Below the pieces are notes generated by a model. The model did no database searches. It saw only the letters and a list, made by a program, of their open reading frames with translations, and was not told where the DNA came from. The position numbers were made by a program, and so were the translations under genes. Below, piece after piece: positions 1 to 9,603 of a stretch of 31,879 bases of DNA (position 1 is its first letter; each line of letters opens with the position of its first letter). Origin of the DNA: Candidatus Iainarchaeum sp. (GTDB lineage: Archaea > Iainarchaeota > Iainarchaeia > Iainarchaeales > JAZDDZ01); NCBI GenBank assembly GCA_043809245.1, contig JAZDDZ010000018.1, positions 1-31,879 on the forward strand. Reading direction: 5' to 3'.

Positions 1-141
1 TCAGAAAAATCATTGGCGGACTACGCCGCGAAACCGGCGCACGAACAATGGAAACAATCGCCTCCCTGTTCGCCACATGGAAACAACAAGGCAAACCCCT
101 CTACCCAACACTCAAAAAAGCCATAAGCGGTTAGCACTTAC
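1..141 (+). mobile_element. Right end of an IS66-family insertion sequence, truncated by the window edge
   Basis: Frame 3..134 reads RKIIGGLRRETGARTMETIASLFATWKQQGKPLYPTLKKAISG*, resembling IS66 transposase C-termini. The element ends ...GCACTTAC, i.e. a GTAAG-type terminus typical of IS66. An inverted near-identical copy lies at the other window end. Confidence 0.8.
3..134 (+). CDS. IS66-family transposase, C-terminal fragment (partial)
   Basis: Manual translation: open 43-codon frame ending in TAG 7 bp inside the element terminus. Confidence 0.75.
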   Translation, partial: RKIIGGLRRETGARTMETIASLFATWKQQGKPLYPTLKKAISG

Positions 142-170
142 CTCGGCGCTTGGGGGCTTAAAAAGGATAG

Positions 171-1433
171 TTATGCCGAGGGGTCCGAGACCCTTCCAAG
201 GAAAAGAATGGTGCCTGTTTGCTTTTCCTGAATCAGGAAGATAAAGGGATGGTCTGCGCGGAAAATGGGAATAGGGTTGGGATTAGCCATTGCACCACTC
301 ACTGCAATACCGGTTGCCGCTGCAGCCTCTGTTCCTTCCTCGTTCACTTCAACAAACGCCTTGTGGATTACTGCACTGATGAACAGCTGGTTTGTTCCAT
401 CCATGCCGGAGAAATCCGCGCTTCCTGCAATGAAAGCCGTAGGCATTCCCATTTGCTTTAACGTGTCAGCAAGACCGAATTCTTTTGTGAAAGTGAATTT
501 CGGAATGAACACATCCACCCTCTGTTTCCGTGAATCTTTTTTCCATTCTGCGAGTTTTTCAGCAGTAAGAGATTCTTCGGCTGCATTCAGGTTGTCGTTG
601 TTTGGCAAAAGAATTATCATAGATAGTTCCTCGCCTTTGTAGGGAAGCTCTAAAACCTGCATTAAATCGTTTTCAGCGTAATTGAATTCCGCTTCCTTTC
701 CCGTCAGGCTCATCATCTGTGTTTTAACGGTGTTTCCCGGGCTTAACCTGAAATCATCTTCTTTCGTGTTCGCCTTGTCGAATTGCTTAAGCCATTCTCC
801 CTTGAAGTAAATCGCGTTAGTTAAAACAAGGCGCGTTAACGGGCTGATGCTTCCTGCGGGAAGCAGGTCTTTTATTTTGCTGTTTGTTTTTCCCTCAACC
901 CATGAATTGATTGTCTGGCGGGATTGCTCTGTTTCATTGGCAAAATCAAGGTTAGTTGACTCTCCTCCATAATAATTCTTCACAGTGTTAAAGTATTCTT
1001 CTAAAAACCTGTAGTCCTGTTGCGCCCACAAAGCGTTTGCAGTGTAAAGCTTGTACTGCTTGTCGCTCTTGTTTATCTGGTTGTAAATTTTTGCAAACGA
1101 TGATTGGCGCACAGCTGAATCCTCCGGGAAATGCATTACTGCCTGCATTTCTTCCGCTGTCTGCCCTTTTGCGCCCTCAAAAGTCATCGCCAATGCAACG
1201 GAAATGCTGTAAGGGGAGAAAAAAACATTGCCTCCGCTGCCTTTCAGCCGCGAGTAAAGCTCAAATGAAAACTGGTTGTTTGCGTTTGCAACGCTTTGAA
1301 CTCCTTGAACCGTTGCACCAGCGTCATCCGCAGGCGGAACAACTGGTTCGGGCTGCGGGCAGCCAGCCAAAAACAATAGCAGAGCGATTGCCGCAATTGC
1401 GGTGATGCAGCCAAAAGAAATTTTCCTTTTCAT
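171..1433 (-). CDS. Serpin (serine protease inhibitor), predicted lipoprotein
   Basis: Lipobox LAGC; NVFFSPYSI, LVLTNAIYFKGEW, hinge EVNEEGTEAAAAT and FRADHPFIFLI serpin signatures. Confidence 0.95.
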   Translation of the reverse strand: MKRKISFGCITAIAAIALLLFLAGCPQPEPVVPPADDAGATVQGVQSVANANNQFSFELYSRLKGSGGNVFFSPYSISVALAMTFEGAKGQTAEEMQAVMHFPEDSAVRQSSFAKIYNQINKSDKQYKLYTANALWAQQDYRFLEEYFNTVKNYYGGESTNLDFANETEQSRQTINSWVEGKTNSKIKDLLPAGSISPLTRLVLTNAIYFKGEWLKQFDKANTKEDDFRLSPGNTVKTQMMSLTGKEAEFNYAENDLMQVLELPYKGEELSMIILLPNNDNLNAAEESLTAEKLAEWKKDSRKQRVDVFIPKFTFTKEFGLADTLKQMGMPTAFIAGSADFSGMDGTNQLFISAVIHKAFVEVNEEGTEAAAATGIAVSGAMANPNPIPIFRADHPFIFLIQEKQTGTILFLGRVSDPSA

Positions 1434-1498
1434 GCGAAAAGAATATGGATTAGCCCTTATTTAAAGCTTTTGGCATTGGTTAGGCTTTTGCCTTTTTT

Positions 1499-2485
1499 TC
1501 ACTTAATCATTCCCGAATACATTTTTTCCAAAAAATTCCAGTAATAGCAGCCCTTGTCCGGCTGTGAGGCGTTCTGTGAACCGCATAAATTCATTGTCTG
1601 GAGCTTTTCCGCAAGGCCATCGGAAACAAATTGTTCAGGGGGAATTGCATAATAAGCGACTTTTTCCCCCAAGCCGTTTGTGATGATTAAAGGAAAGCTT
1701 CTCCCCAAATCCCTGCCGTCATTTGTTATAAGCGAGCCCCTGTAATCAATTGAAGCGACAATTGTGGAAGGCGCGTCCTCCACTGCTTCGGTTATAGCCA
1801 TGTTTCCGAATAAAAGCAAACCCTGCCTTGCCGCCTGCACTAATTCGTGGTCCGTGTTTGGAACATCAATCACGCCTATTGCTGGAAATGGCTCGGAGCA
1901 GTCCTTTATTTTTCCGTCGCAAAAATTTCCCAAGAATTCAACGCCGAGGAAGTCGCCAAAACCCACAACCTTTCCGTCTTTTTTTCTCATCCAAGGGCTG
2001 ATTATTTCATGTGGCTTTCCTTCCTCCAATTCATCTTTGTAAAGGAATTCGTCGCCTGCGTCAAGCTCTGTTCCCGCGTCCCCTGTCCAGACAAGCCTTC
2101 CACCCTGGTCAACGTAATCCATGAAAACCTTTAACTTGTCAGTGCTGATTTTTTTGGCTTTCTCCACAATAACCAGTTGATACTGTTTCAGGTTTCCCAG
2201 GCTTATCCTACCCAGGTCCTGTGTTTGCGCCCTGACACCCAAATGTTCGGGATCGCTTAACGACAAGCGCAGCAAATCAGGGTCACCTAAGCCCTCGGAG
2301 CCATGCACAATCAAAACCTTTGGGCTGCCCATCACAAACCAGTAAGCGTCACACCATTTCGGCAAAGGAATCACGGAGCAGCCGAAAACCCAGCTGACAA
2401 CGCCTAAAAGGACAAGCACCATTACTATGAGAAGGACAAGGTGGTATGCGTCTTTTGCCAGGTCTCTTGCCTGCTGTACTTCCAT
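1499..2485 (-). CDS. Membrane-anchored hypothetical protein, possibly class I glutamine-amidotransferase-like fold
   Basis: N-terminal TM helix; the pattern YQLVIV...LKVFMDYVDQGGRLVWTG resembles GATase-like/beta-galactosidase trimerisation domains; ATG at 2485 preferred over the ORF-track start. Confidence 0.6.
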   Translation of the reverse strand: MEVQQARDLAKDAYHLVLLIVMVLVLLGVVSWVFGCSVIPLPKWCDAYWFVMGSPKVLIVHGSEGLGDPDLLRLSLSDPEHLGVRAQTQDLGRISLGNLKQYQLVIVEKAKKISTDKLKVFMDYVDQGGRLVWTGDAGTELDAGDEFLYKDELEEGKPHEIISPWMRKKDGKVVGFGDFLGVEFLGNFCDGKIKDCSEPFPAIGVIDVPNTDHELVQAARQGLLLFGNMAITEAVEDAPSTIVASIDYRGSLITNDGRDLGRSFPLIITNGLGEKVAYYAIPPEQFVSDGLAEKLQTMNLCGSQNASQPDKGCYYWNFLEKMYSGMIK

Positions 2486-2588
2486 GCCTTTTTCACCCTC
2501 GCGCAAACCTTATAAAACTTTAACAATGAATAGTTAATATAAGGCATTAAACCATATTTATTTGTTTCTTTTAAAGGAAAGTGAGAAA

Positions 2589-2753
2589 ATGAAATTCCAA
2601 AAAACAAGAAGCGATGTCTCAGGCCCAAGCTCAACGCTTGGAATAATGCGGTTCTTTGACACTGATACAACAGGCCCGAAGCTCACGCCTGAATTCGTTT
2701 TAGGCATAACAATCGCTTTCTCAGCGCTTATTTTAGTGCTGCACTTGGCTTAA
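2589..2753 (+). CDS. secG: Preprotein translocase subunit Sec61beta
   Basis: PSSTLGIMRFFD...GPKLTPEFV followed by a C-terminal TM helix. Confidence 0.9.
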   Translation: MKFQKTRSDVSGPSSTLGIMRFFDTDTTGPKLTPEFVLGITIAFSALILVLHLA

Positions 2754-2768
2754 AATGTGGGTAAATAA

Positions 2769-3686
2769 TCAGCCAATTTTTTCCTTCAGCGCCGCAAAAA
2801 TTAGCGGCAAGGCGATTGTCGCATCGCAGCGCAGGTCAACAAATTTTCCACCCGGCGACATTTTACCCCAGGAAATTCCCTCGCGCAATTCCGCGCCGGA
2901 GCTCCCCCCGAATTCAGGGTGGTCAGTTGTTACCTGAACGCCGTAAATCGCGGGAGTTGGGGAGAACTGCATTGCCTGCTGGATGAAGTTTTTTGGCGTG
3001 CCTCCGCCGACGTAAAAAATGCCTTTCTTTTTGAAATCCCACGCCAACTCGTTTATTTCCCTCAAATCGTCAAACAAATTAATGTCAAGCGCGTGCTCAT
3101 AACGCCAGTTGTTCACCATTAAGCCAATGCCTGAATCGGTTAAGGCTGGGCAATAAATTGGAATCTTTTTTTTCGCACAGACGCTTAAAATGTTTTTCTT
3201 GTTCTTCACCTTTTCCCCCAACTGCCATAAAAATTCTTTTCCGCTAAGCGACTGAGGCATTTCCGCAAAGGCTTTGTTGCAGAATTTTTCCAGGCCAATG
3301 TAGACTTTGTTCGGCATGAAGCTCTCGTAAATTCTGTCAATTCCTTTTTTGTTCAGTTTTTTGTCATCGGCGTCAGCGCTTCCCTTCAGGTGATGGTAGC
3401 CGAGCGCTTCAACCAAGTCATGGGTTAAATTCGCGCCGGTTGAAACAAAAACATCAATCCAGCCAAGCTCAAGCATTTCAATGAGAATGGAGCGCATTCC
3501 CGCGGGAGTCATTGCCCCTGCAACTCCGAAAAAAACCTTGCATTCCTTGTCGGAAAACATCTGCTCAGCAACTGCCACTGCTTTGCCCATTCGCCCAGCA
3601 CCCAAAACCCCGACTGCGCTCATTTCCGCGGCTATCTCCGCGGCAGTCATTTTCTTTTTCGCAGTGAATTGCTTTACAGGCTTCAT
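2769..3686 (-). CDS. dys: Deoxyhypusine synthase
   Basis: STGANLTHD, IDRIY, CPALTDSGIG, GGGTPKN, GGSSGA..EGISWGK and DATIALP motifs. Confidence 0.92.
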   Translation of the reverse strand: MKPVKQFTAKKKMTAAEIAAEMSAVGVLGAGRMGKAVAVAEQMFSDKECKVFFGVAGAMTPAGMRSILIEMLELGWIDVFVSTGANLTHDLVEALGYHHLKGSADADDKKLNKKGIDRIYESFMPNKVYIGLEKFCNKAFAEMPQSLSGKEFLWQLGEKVKNKKNILSVCAKKKIPIYCPALTDSGIGLMVNNWRYEHALDINLFDDLREINELAWDFKKKGIFYVGGGTPKNFIQQAMQFSPTPAIYGVQVTTDHPEFGGSSGAELREGISWGKMSPGGKFVDLRCDATIALPLIFAALKEKIG

Positions 3687-3690
3687 TTTT

Positions 3691-6573
3691 TCACTTCTTT
3701 ATTTCAATGAAGAACTCCCTTTCAAGGAGCTTCTGCATTTGCCCGCTTTTTTGCACTAATTTTGTGTTTGTCTGTGATTCAATCTGCGCGGAGAATTTTT
3801 CCAAGAACTTTTTGTCAGAGCAGTCAATGAGCAGTTCCGCTTTTTGCCCGGGCATTAAGCCTGCCTGCTTTCGCGCGTCCTGAATCCTGCGCGTTAACTC
3901 AGCCATCTCCCACTCCTCTTTCAGCGCAGGGGAAGCAGTTGTGTCCAAAAACAGCTTTGTCCCGGAAGGGAGAACTTTTACCGCCATTTTTTTCTTTGGT
4001 TCAGAGGAAACAACTTCAATGCCTTTCACGTTAACCATGCGCGCCAAAACTTCTTTGAGCTTTTCCATTTTTTGCTTTCCCTGCAGCTGGACAGCTGCTT
4101 TCTCCAAGGGCCAGCGCAGCCTTAACTTCTGCTCTTCGCGGAGCGCTAAGAAAGCTGCGCCAAATTCTTTAACCAAAACCATTTCCGCTTCCAGCCCTTT
4201 ATCAACGAGTTTTTTGTCAGGCGCCGAGAATTCAAGCAAGTGGATGCTTGCAGGCATTTTTTGCGATTTAAGGGAAAGGTAAACGTGCTCGGAGAAATGC
4301 GGCGTGATTGGCGCGAAAAGCTTCAGCAGATTGAAAAGCGAATAATTAAGCGCCTGCTCCACTCCTTTCTGGCTTTTTGCTCCAACCCTTTCCCTGACAA
4401 GCTTTATGTAAGTGCGGCTTAATTCCTCTAAAACAAATGAGTCAAGCAGCCTCGCGGCCTTTGGGTAATTGTATTCGTTGTAAGCCTTCAAAACCTCTTC
4501 CGCCAAAGAATTTGTTTTTGAAACAATCCACTGGTCTTCGGGCAGTAATTCTTTTTCGCTTAATTTTTCCGCTGAATCAAAATCAGCGCTCAGGTACATC
4601 TGCAGGTAATTGAATGAATTAAGCAGAGTGTTGAACAAGCGGTTAATGTCCTTGAAGGCATTCCAGTCAAAGGCAGTGTCCTCGCCGGTAAGAAGTTCGG
4701 ACAAGTAAAAGCGCAAATGGTCGCGGGAAAACTTTTCAATGACTTCGCTTGGAGTAATTGTGTTGCCAGTGCTTTTGCTCATTTTTTTCTTTGAAAGGTC
4801 CAACACAAGGCCGTGCATTGCAATTGCCTTGAATGGCTTTTTGTCAAAGCAGATGGTTGAACAGATTATTTCCGCGTTCCACCATCCGCGAATCTGGTCT
4901 TTTCCTTCAATGTTCAGGTCAGCGGGCCAGAGTTCCTTGAATAATTTGTCGTTGGACGGATAACCCAGCGCTGCCCAACTGCTCACCCCTGCATCAAACC
5001 ATACGTCAAGAACTTCCGGCACCCTCTGCATTTCACCTTTGCCGCACTTGCACTTCCATTTAACTGCATCAATTTTTGGCTTGTGAAGGTCAAGGTCTTT
5101 CGGCAATTTCACGTATGATGAGAGCTCCTTGATTGAACCCACGACAACTGTTTCACTGCATTCATTGCACTGCCATATAGGCAAAGGCGAACCCCAATAG
5201 CGTGCCCTTGAAACAGGCCAGTCACTTATGCTTTCCAGCCAGTTCTTAAAGCGGTCCTTAGACCATGAAGGCACCCAGAAAACCTCTTCATTGAACTGCA
5301 AAAGCCTTTTTTGGATTTCAGAGATTTTGAAAAACCACTGTGGAACCGCGAGCATGAGCAAAGGCGTGTTGCATCTCCAGCAAAGGGGATAGTCATGCGT
5401 ATGGCTGTGCTTGAATACAAGCGCGTTGTCTTTTTCAAGGTCCTCAACTATTTCCTTGTCAACCGCGCGTGCTTTTTTGCCAGCGTACTTTCCTGCTTCT
5501 GCTTTCATCAAGCCAGTCATTTCCACGTGTGAGAAAATCGGCAGGCCGGTTCTTTTCGCGGCATCATAGTCCTCTTTTCCCTGCCCAGGGCCAACATGCA
5601 CCAATCCAGTGCCTTCCTCTGCTGAAACATACCTTGGCTCTAGTATGACACGGTAACCGTTTTTCATTAATTCCTTGCCGAGCTTCAAGTGCTTTGCAAT
5701 TGGATTGATGTACTTTTTTCCCTCAAGCTCTTTTCCCTTGAAAGTTTTTTTCACGGAGTACGCTGTTTCAATCGCTTCAAATAATTCTTTTGCCCTTTCC
5801 TTTGCAAGAATCCATGTTTCGCCGTTGCTTAACTGGGCTTCAACGTATTCAAGTTCAGGGTGAACCATTACCCCTGCATTGCCTGGCAAAGTCCAAGGAG
5901 TGGTTGTCCAAATCAACAAATACTTGTTTTTTTCTCCCTCCAGCTGGAATTTAACGTAAATGCTTTCATCAGTCTGCTTTTTGTACTCTATTTCGTTGAA
6001 TGCAACCGCGGTTTCACAGTGCGGGCACACGTGCACTGGGTAAATGCCTTTGTACAATAATTTTTTTTCATGCGCTTTCTTGAATGAAAACCAAATCGCT
6101 TCAATGTATTCGTTTTGCAGGGTAATGTAGGGGTTTCCCCAATCCATCCACACGCCGAGGTTTTCAAACTCCGAGTTCATTGTGCCGATGAATTCTGTTG
6201 CAAAGTGCCTGCACTCGTCAACGAATTTCTGAACGCCAAATGCTTCAATGTCTTGTTTTTCCCTGAAGCCAAATTTTTGCTCAACCTTGTTTTCAATCGG
6301 TACTCCGTGAGTGTCATAGCCTGGCCTGTCAAAAACGTAAAAGCCCTGCATTCTCTTGGAGCGGATTGCAATGTCCTTCAAAACCTTGTTGAGAGCGGTT
6401 CCCATGTGAATGTGGCCAGTGGCATAAGGAGGGCCGTCCATGAAATAAAACTTTTTCTTCTGCTTTGAATCCTTTTCCTTAACCTTTTCGTAGGTTTTTT
6501 CTTTCTTCCAATGGCTATGGATTTCAAGCTCTTTTTCCCTTGAAAAGTTTTCCAGAAGTTTTTTTGGGGGCAT
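3691..6573 (-). CDS. ileS: Isoleucine--tRNA ligase (archaeal/eukaryotic type)
   Basis: DGPPYATGHIHMGT (HIGH-type), WTTTPWTLP editing motif, EGKDQIRGW, KMSKS. Confidence 0.97.
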   Translation of the reverse strand: MPPKKLLENFSREKELEIHSHWKKEKTYEKVKEKDSKQKKKFYFMDGPPYATGHIHMGTALNKVLKDIAIRSKRMQGFYVFDRPGYDTHGVPIENKVEQKFGFREKQDIEAFGVQKFVDECRHFATEFIGTMNSEFENLGVWMDWGNPYITLQNEYIEAIWFSFKKAHEKKLLYKGIYPVHVCPHCETAVAFNEIEYKKQTDESIYVKFQLEGEKNKYLLIWTTTPWTLPGNAGVMVHPELEYVEAQLSNGETWILAKERAKELFEAIETAYSVKKTFKGKELEGKKYINPIAKHLKLGKELMKNGYRVILEPRYVSAEEGTGLVHVGPGQGKEDYDAAKRTGLPIFSHVEMTGLMKAEAGKYAGKKARAVDKEIVEDLEKDNALVFKHSHTHDYPLCWRCNTPLLMLAVPQWFFKISEIQKRLLQFNEEVFWVPSWSKDRFKNWLESISDWPVSRARYWGSPLPIWQCNECSETVVVGSIKELSSYVKLPKDLDLHKPKIDAVKWKCKCGKGEMQRVPEVLDVWFDAGVSSWAALGYPSNDKLFKELWPADLNIEGKDQIRGWWNAEIICSTICFDKKPFKAIAMHGLVLDLSKKKMSKSTGNTITPSEVIEKFSRDHLRFYLSELLTGEDTAFDWNAFKDINRLFNTLLNSFNYLQMYLSADFDSAEKLSEKELLPEDQWIVSKTNSLAEEVLKAYNEYNYPKAARLLDSFVLEELSRTYIKLVRERVGAKSQKGVEQALNYSLFNLLKLFAPITPHFSEHVYLSLKSQKMPASIHLLEFSAPDKKLVDKGLEAEMVLVKEFGAAFLALREEQKLRLRWPLEKAAVQLQGKQKMEKLKEVLARMVNVKGIEVVSSEPKKKMAVKVLPSGTKLFLDTTASPALKEEWEMAELTRRIQDARKQAGLMPGQKAELLIDCSDKKFLEKFSAQIESQTNTKLVQKSGQMQKLLEREFFIEIKK

Positions 6574-6590
6574 ATTTTAATCCTTCTTTA

Positions 6591-6687
6591 TGGGCCCGGC
6601 CGGATTCGAACCGACGACACTTGGTGTGCTTCCGCCAAATTCTCGGCGTTATAAGACCAATGCTCTGCCAGGCTGAGCTACGGGCCC
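6591..6687 (-). tRNA. tRNA-Ile with UAU anticodon and 23-nt intron at 37/38 (intron 6627-6649)
   Basis: Minus strand folds as GGGCCCG/CGGGCCC-A acceptor stem, GCTC/GAGC D-stem, TTGGT/ACCAA anticodon stem with CT-TAT-A, GTCGG-TTCGAAT-CCGGC T-arm. The intron forms a CGCCGA/TTGGCG stem and a relaxed bulge-helix-bulge. CCA is not encoded. Confidence 0.93.
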
Positions 6688-6728
6688 GCCAATGAATATA
6701 ATAAGAGGGTTAATGAAGGTTTAAAAAG

Positions 6729-7136
6729 TTAAATAAGTGCAATTAGCCCTGCTGTCGAATAAACATTAACAATTGATTGTTTTTTCAGGGCTGAATCCTG
6801 CGACCATAGCCCGCAGTTGAGTTTCAACGATAATGCGATGAACGGCCAGTCATCCTCGTGGCCTTTCGGGCACAATGAATCCGCTTTATTCTTTAACGGC
6901 GCATATTCCTCTGCAGGAACAATTGAAACGTTTCCAAGCAAGAGCTCAACAGCCGTTAAAAATTCTTCCTCGTTCATTGAGCCTTTCTGCATGAATTCAT
7001 GCTTGTTCTTGGCAATTTCAAATTTCACGCGGTCGGGAGAAAATAATTCGAATCGCTTGGAAAACACGAGCCTACGGGTATCCCCCTTCCTCAGCAAAGC
7101 CGAAACAATAATGTTTGTGTCCACGACAAGCTGCAT
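6729..7136 (-). CDS. PIN-domain toxin (VapC-like)
   Basis: VVDTNIIVSAL, DDWPFIAL and WSQD acidic PIN motifs. Confidence 0.9.
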   Translation of the reverse strand: MQLVVDTNIIVSALLRKGDTRRLVFSKRFELFSPDRVKFEIAKNKHEFMQKGSMNEEEFLTAVELLLGNVSIVPAEEYAPLKNKADSLCPKGHEDDWPFIALSLKLNCGLWSQDSALKKQSIVNVYSTAGLIALI

Positions 7137-7364
7137 TCATTTCAACCCATTATGCCATTTGGCTATGCCTTTCTTTAATTTTTTCGACAATTCCGCAACA
7201 TCTTTTTCGGTTGCCTTTGACTTTGAAGTCAGCTCGTCCATCAGCTCAAGCTTCGAAAGCTCGCCCTCAAATGCCTTTCGGGCAACAGCCGACCAATTGA
7301 CCGTCTCAAAGGTCTCAAGCTTGTGCTTCATATCATCGGAAACCGAAACCGAAACAGTAGCCAT
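7137..7364 (-). CDS. Ribbon-helix-helix-type antitoxin (VapB-like)
   Basis: Alternating N-terminal strand ATVSVSVSD, NWSAVAR helix; abuts the PIN gene. Confidence 0.8.
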   Translation of the reverse strand: MATVSVSVSDDMKHKLETFETVNWSAVARKAFEGELSKLELMDELTSKSKATEKDVAELSKKLKKGIAKWHNGLK

Positions 7365-7511
7365 AAAAAAACACCTCTAACAAAAATAATATAAATAACA
7401 TTTTTAATATTATGCCCTGCCTTTAGCGCTTCTGTCCAGCCGCAGGCTTAAGCGGGAATTAAATAAAAAAAAGAAAAGAATCAGTTGAACCTTTTAGAGT
7501 GGCTTCTTCGG

Positions 7512-8078
7512 TTATTCGTCGCCGCTGAAGTCGCTGTCAAAGGAGCTGTCGTCGCTTGAGCCGCCGCTGTCGCCTCTTCCGCCGCCTCCGCCGCGTCCCG
7601 AGTAGCGCCTGCCCCTGTCTCCGCCGCCGAAGCGTCCGCCGCCTCTTCCGCCGCCGCCGAAGCGTCCGCCGCCTCCGCCGCGCCCGAAGCCGCCGCCTCC
7701 GCCGCCTCCGCCGCCGAACCTGCCGCGTGACTCAAACTGTTTGTCTGAGACGTTGTTTGATTCGTTGACTTCCCCAGCGTCCTCAGTGCTTTCCTCTAAC
7801 TGCCCGTAGCGCCCTATGTTTAAGCGCAGGGAGTTCTTGAAAAGCGAGGTGTAGCCGTTTGTTATCTTATAACTTTTTCCCGCTTCAACTTTGTCGATCA
7901 TGTCGTCCCACAAAGTCAAAAGGATTGTGCCCGAAGTGTCTCCGACGAGTGCCTCGGTCACCTTATGGGAAGAGTTGTCAAGCTTTGAGGTTACTTCCCT
8001 TACCTCGTTTTTGCTCACGCATTTGACTAATGCGTCGACCTTTTTAGAGAAAGGCCTTAACTCAGTTATTTGAACCAT
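7512..8078 (-). CDS. ssb: Single OB-fold ssDNA-binding protein with Gly/Arg-rich linker and acidic tail
   Basis: VGDTSGTILLTLWD OB motif as in crenarchaeal SSB/RPA; GGGGRF repeats; terminus DDSSFDSDFSGDE. Confidence 0.88.
   Translation of the reverse strand: MVQITELRPFSKKVDALVKCVSKNEVREVTSKLDNSSHKVTEALVGDTSGTILLTLWDDMIDKVEAGKSYKITNGYTSLFKNSLRLNIGRYGQLEESTEDAGEVNESNNVSDKQFESRGRFGGGGGGGGGFGRGGGGGRFGGGGRGGGRFGGGDRGRRYSGRGGGGGRGDSGGSSDDSSFDSDFSGDE
7550..7725 (-). repeat. Low-complexity GC-rich (GGC)n/GGGGRF coding repeat
   Basis: ccgccgccgaagcgtccgccgcct occurs twice at 30 bp spacing; encodes the Gly-rich SSB tail. Confidence 0.85.
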
Positions 8079-8290
8079 GTGTGAATTCCTCCATTTGTAT
8101 GGTGGTTGAATTAGTGGCTGTTAATTTCAATAAACATGTGAAAGAAACAGAAAGCTAATCCGTGAACCATCAATATAATATAAGGGCATTGAAAGCAATT
8201 TAAACCTATCTTATGGCTTTAATGCGCGATTTAGGGAGCTATTTAAGCAAAAACAAAAAAAAGAAAAAAAGGGGAAATGTTTTTTTCCCT

Positions 8291-8956
8291 TCATTTTTTG
8301 AGTGACATCGCTAAGTCCTGGAGTTCCTTTTTGTAGGAGAGTGCAAAGGTTATGCCTAGCACTACTGCCACGACTAACACGAATGCCGTGAAACCAATCC
8401 TGAACGCGTCAAGCAGTATCTCTGTCCTGAAGCCGATGTAGTCCAGGCCGATGACGATTGCGATGTACGCGATTACGATTTCCACTATTGTGCCGATTGT
8501 TTTCTTGAACCTGTACTCTGTTGCGTCAATCTTGTTCCTGAGGTATTTTCCCGCAAGCAGGCCTAGCACAATGAAGAGGATCGCCGCGGCAAGCATTGGA
8601 ATGTATGTTGCCAGAATCCTGACGAAATCGCTCAAAACCCCGAGGTTAATGAACCAAAGCGCTTGAGCCAGGAATAATGCCACTGTCCACCACTTGACCA
8701 GAGAGCCAAGCAAGTTTGACAGCTTGATGCTTCCAATTGCCCCGTGGAGTTTCCTGTCCTCAATCCATTTGTCCAGTTGCGCGTACTCCAGGATTTTCAC
8801 TGTGATTCTTTTCAGAACCAAACCGATTATGTAACCGATAAGAACAAGGATTATTGCCGCAATCAAACCGGGAATAACGTTCACGAACGAATTCCACAGG
8901 TCAAGCAGCGCATCTCCAGTGCTTGTTGCTGTATCGGTGAGAATTTCCATTGCCAT
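8291..8956 (-). CDS. Conserved TM-helix repeat membrane protein (MscS-associated TM domain family)
   Basis: Two repeats of the type IPGLIAAIILVLIGY / IPMLAAAILFIVLGL; no cytoplasmic MscS beta domain; AGGTGA RBS upstream. Confidence 0.75.
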   Translation of the reverse strand: MAMEILTDTATSTGDALLDLWNSFVNVIPGLIAAIILVLIGYIIGLVLKRITVKILEYAQLDKWIEDRKLHGAIGSIKLSNLLGSLVKWWTVALFLAQALWFINLGVLSDFVRILATYIPMLAAAILFIVLGLLAGKYLRNKIDATEYRFKKTIGTIVEIVIAYIAIVIGLDYIGFRTEILLDAFRIGFTAFVLVVAVVLGITFALSYKKELQDLAMSLKK

Positions 8957-8993
8957 TAACAAATCACCTTAACAATGAACGACTTCAAAGTAT

Positions 8994-9530
8994 TTAAATG
9001 TTTTTTTCAAGCTTTAAGGCGAGTTTCAGGATTTTTTCACGCAATTCGCGCACGGTTCCGTTGTTTTGCAGAGTGAAATCCGCGAGCTTCAAGGCATTGT
9101 TAAGCCCCTTGTTCCTTATGTCCCTTTTGTCACGCGCAAGGAAATCCTTTCTGGTTTTCGGGTCGCGTGAAGAGCGCCGCGCGAATCTCTTTGAAACGGG
9201 CGCAGTTATTGCGGCAACAAAAGTGTTTTTGCATTTTTTTTTCACGTAATTGATTTCTTCCACGGAGCGCGCGCCAACAAGGACTATCTTTTTGAATTTT
9301 TTTGCCTTTTTCCACAAAAGCCCTGCGACAGCGGCCATTCCATTTTTTTTCCTTAACTCGTCGCCGAAAACCGAAAGGTTGTGCTTTGAAAGAGGCACTT
9401 TTTTCTTTTTGAGTTCAGCGGCAAGGAAATCGCTGAAAACGAATTTTTTGTAATGGAATTTTTTTGCAAGAAAATCGGCTGCAGTGTCCTTTCCGGAGCG
9501 CGCCAGGCCAACCAGGATTATTGCGTGCAT
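8994..9530 (-). CDS. P-loop nucleotide-kinase-like protein (UPF0200/dephospho-CoA kinase-like)
   Basis: N-terminal Walker A GLARSGKDT; GARSVEE; C-terminal ADFTLQNNGT. Confidence 0.8.
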   Translation of the reverse strand: MHAIILVGLARSGKDTAADFLAKKFHYKKFVFSDFLAAELKKKKVPLSKHNLSVFGDELRKKNGMAAVAGLLWKKAKKFKKIVLVGARSVEEINYVKKKCKNTFVAAITAPVSKRFARRSSRDPKTRKDFLARDKRDIRNKGLNNALKLADFTLQNNGTVRELREKILKLALKLEKNI

Positions 9531-9603
9531 TAATGCATTTGATGCACAGCAGTGTATTTATGGCTTTTGGAAAACAATTAAGGGATAGGCAAAGGGGCAC
9601 CAA

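Noticed and set aside
12-26. Similarity of IS sequence ATTGGCGGACTACGC to the repeat ATGGGCGGACTGAGG
   Set aside because: Only an 8-bp exact core is shared, in a protein-constrained region; likely chance
7481-7768. Ala-rich and Arg-rich ORFs over the GC-rich repeat
   Set aside because: They are alternative frames of the SSB Gly-rich tail
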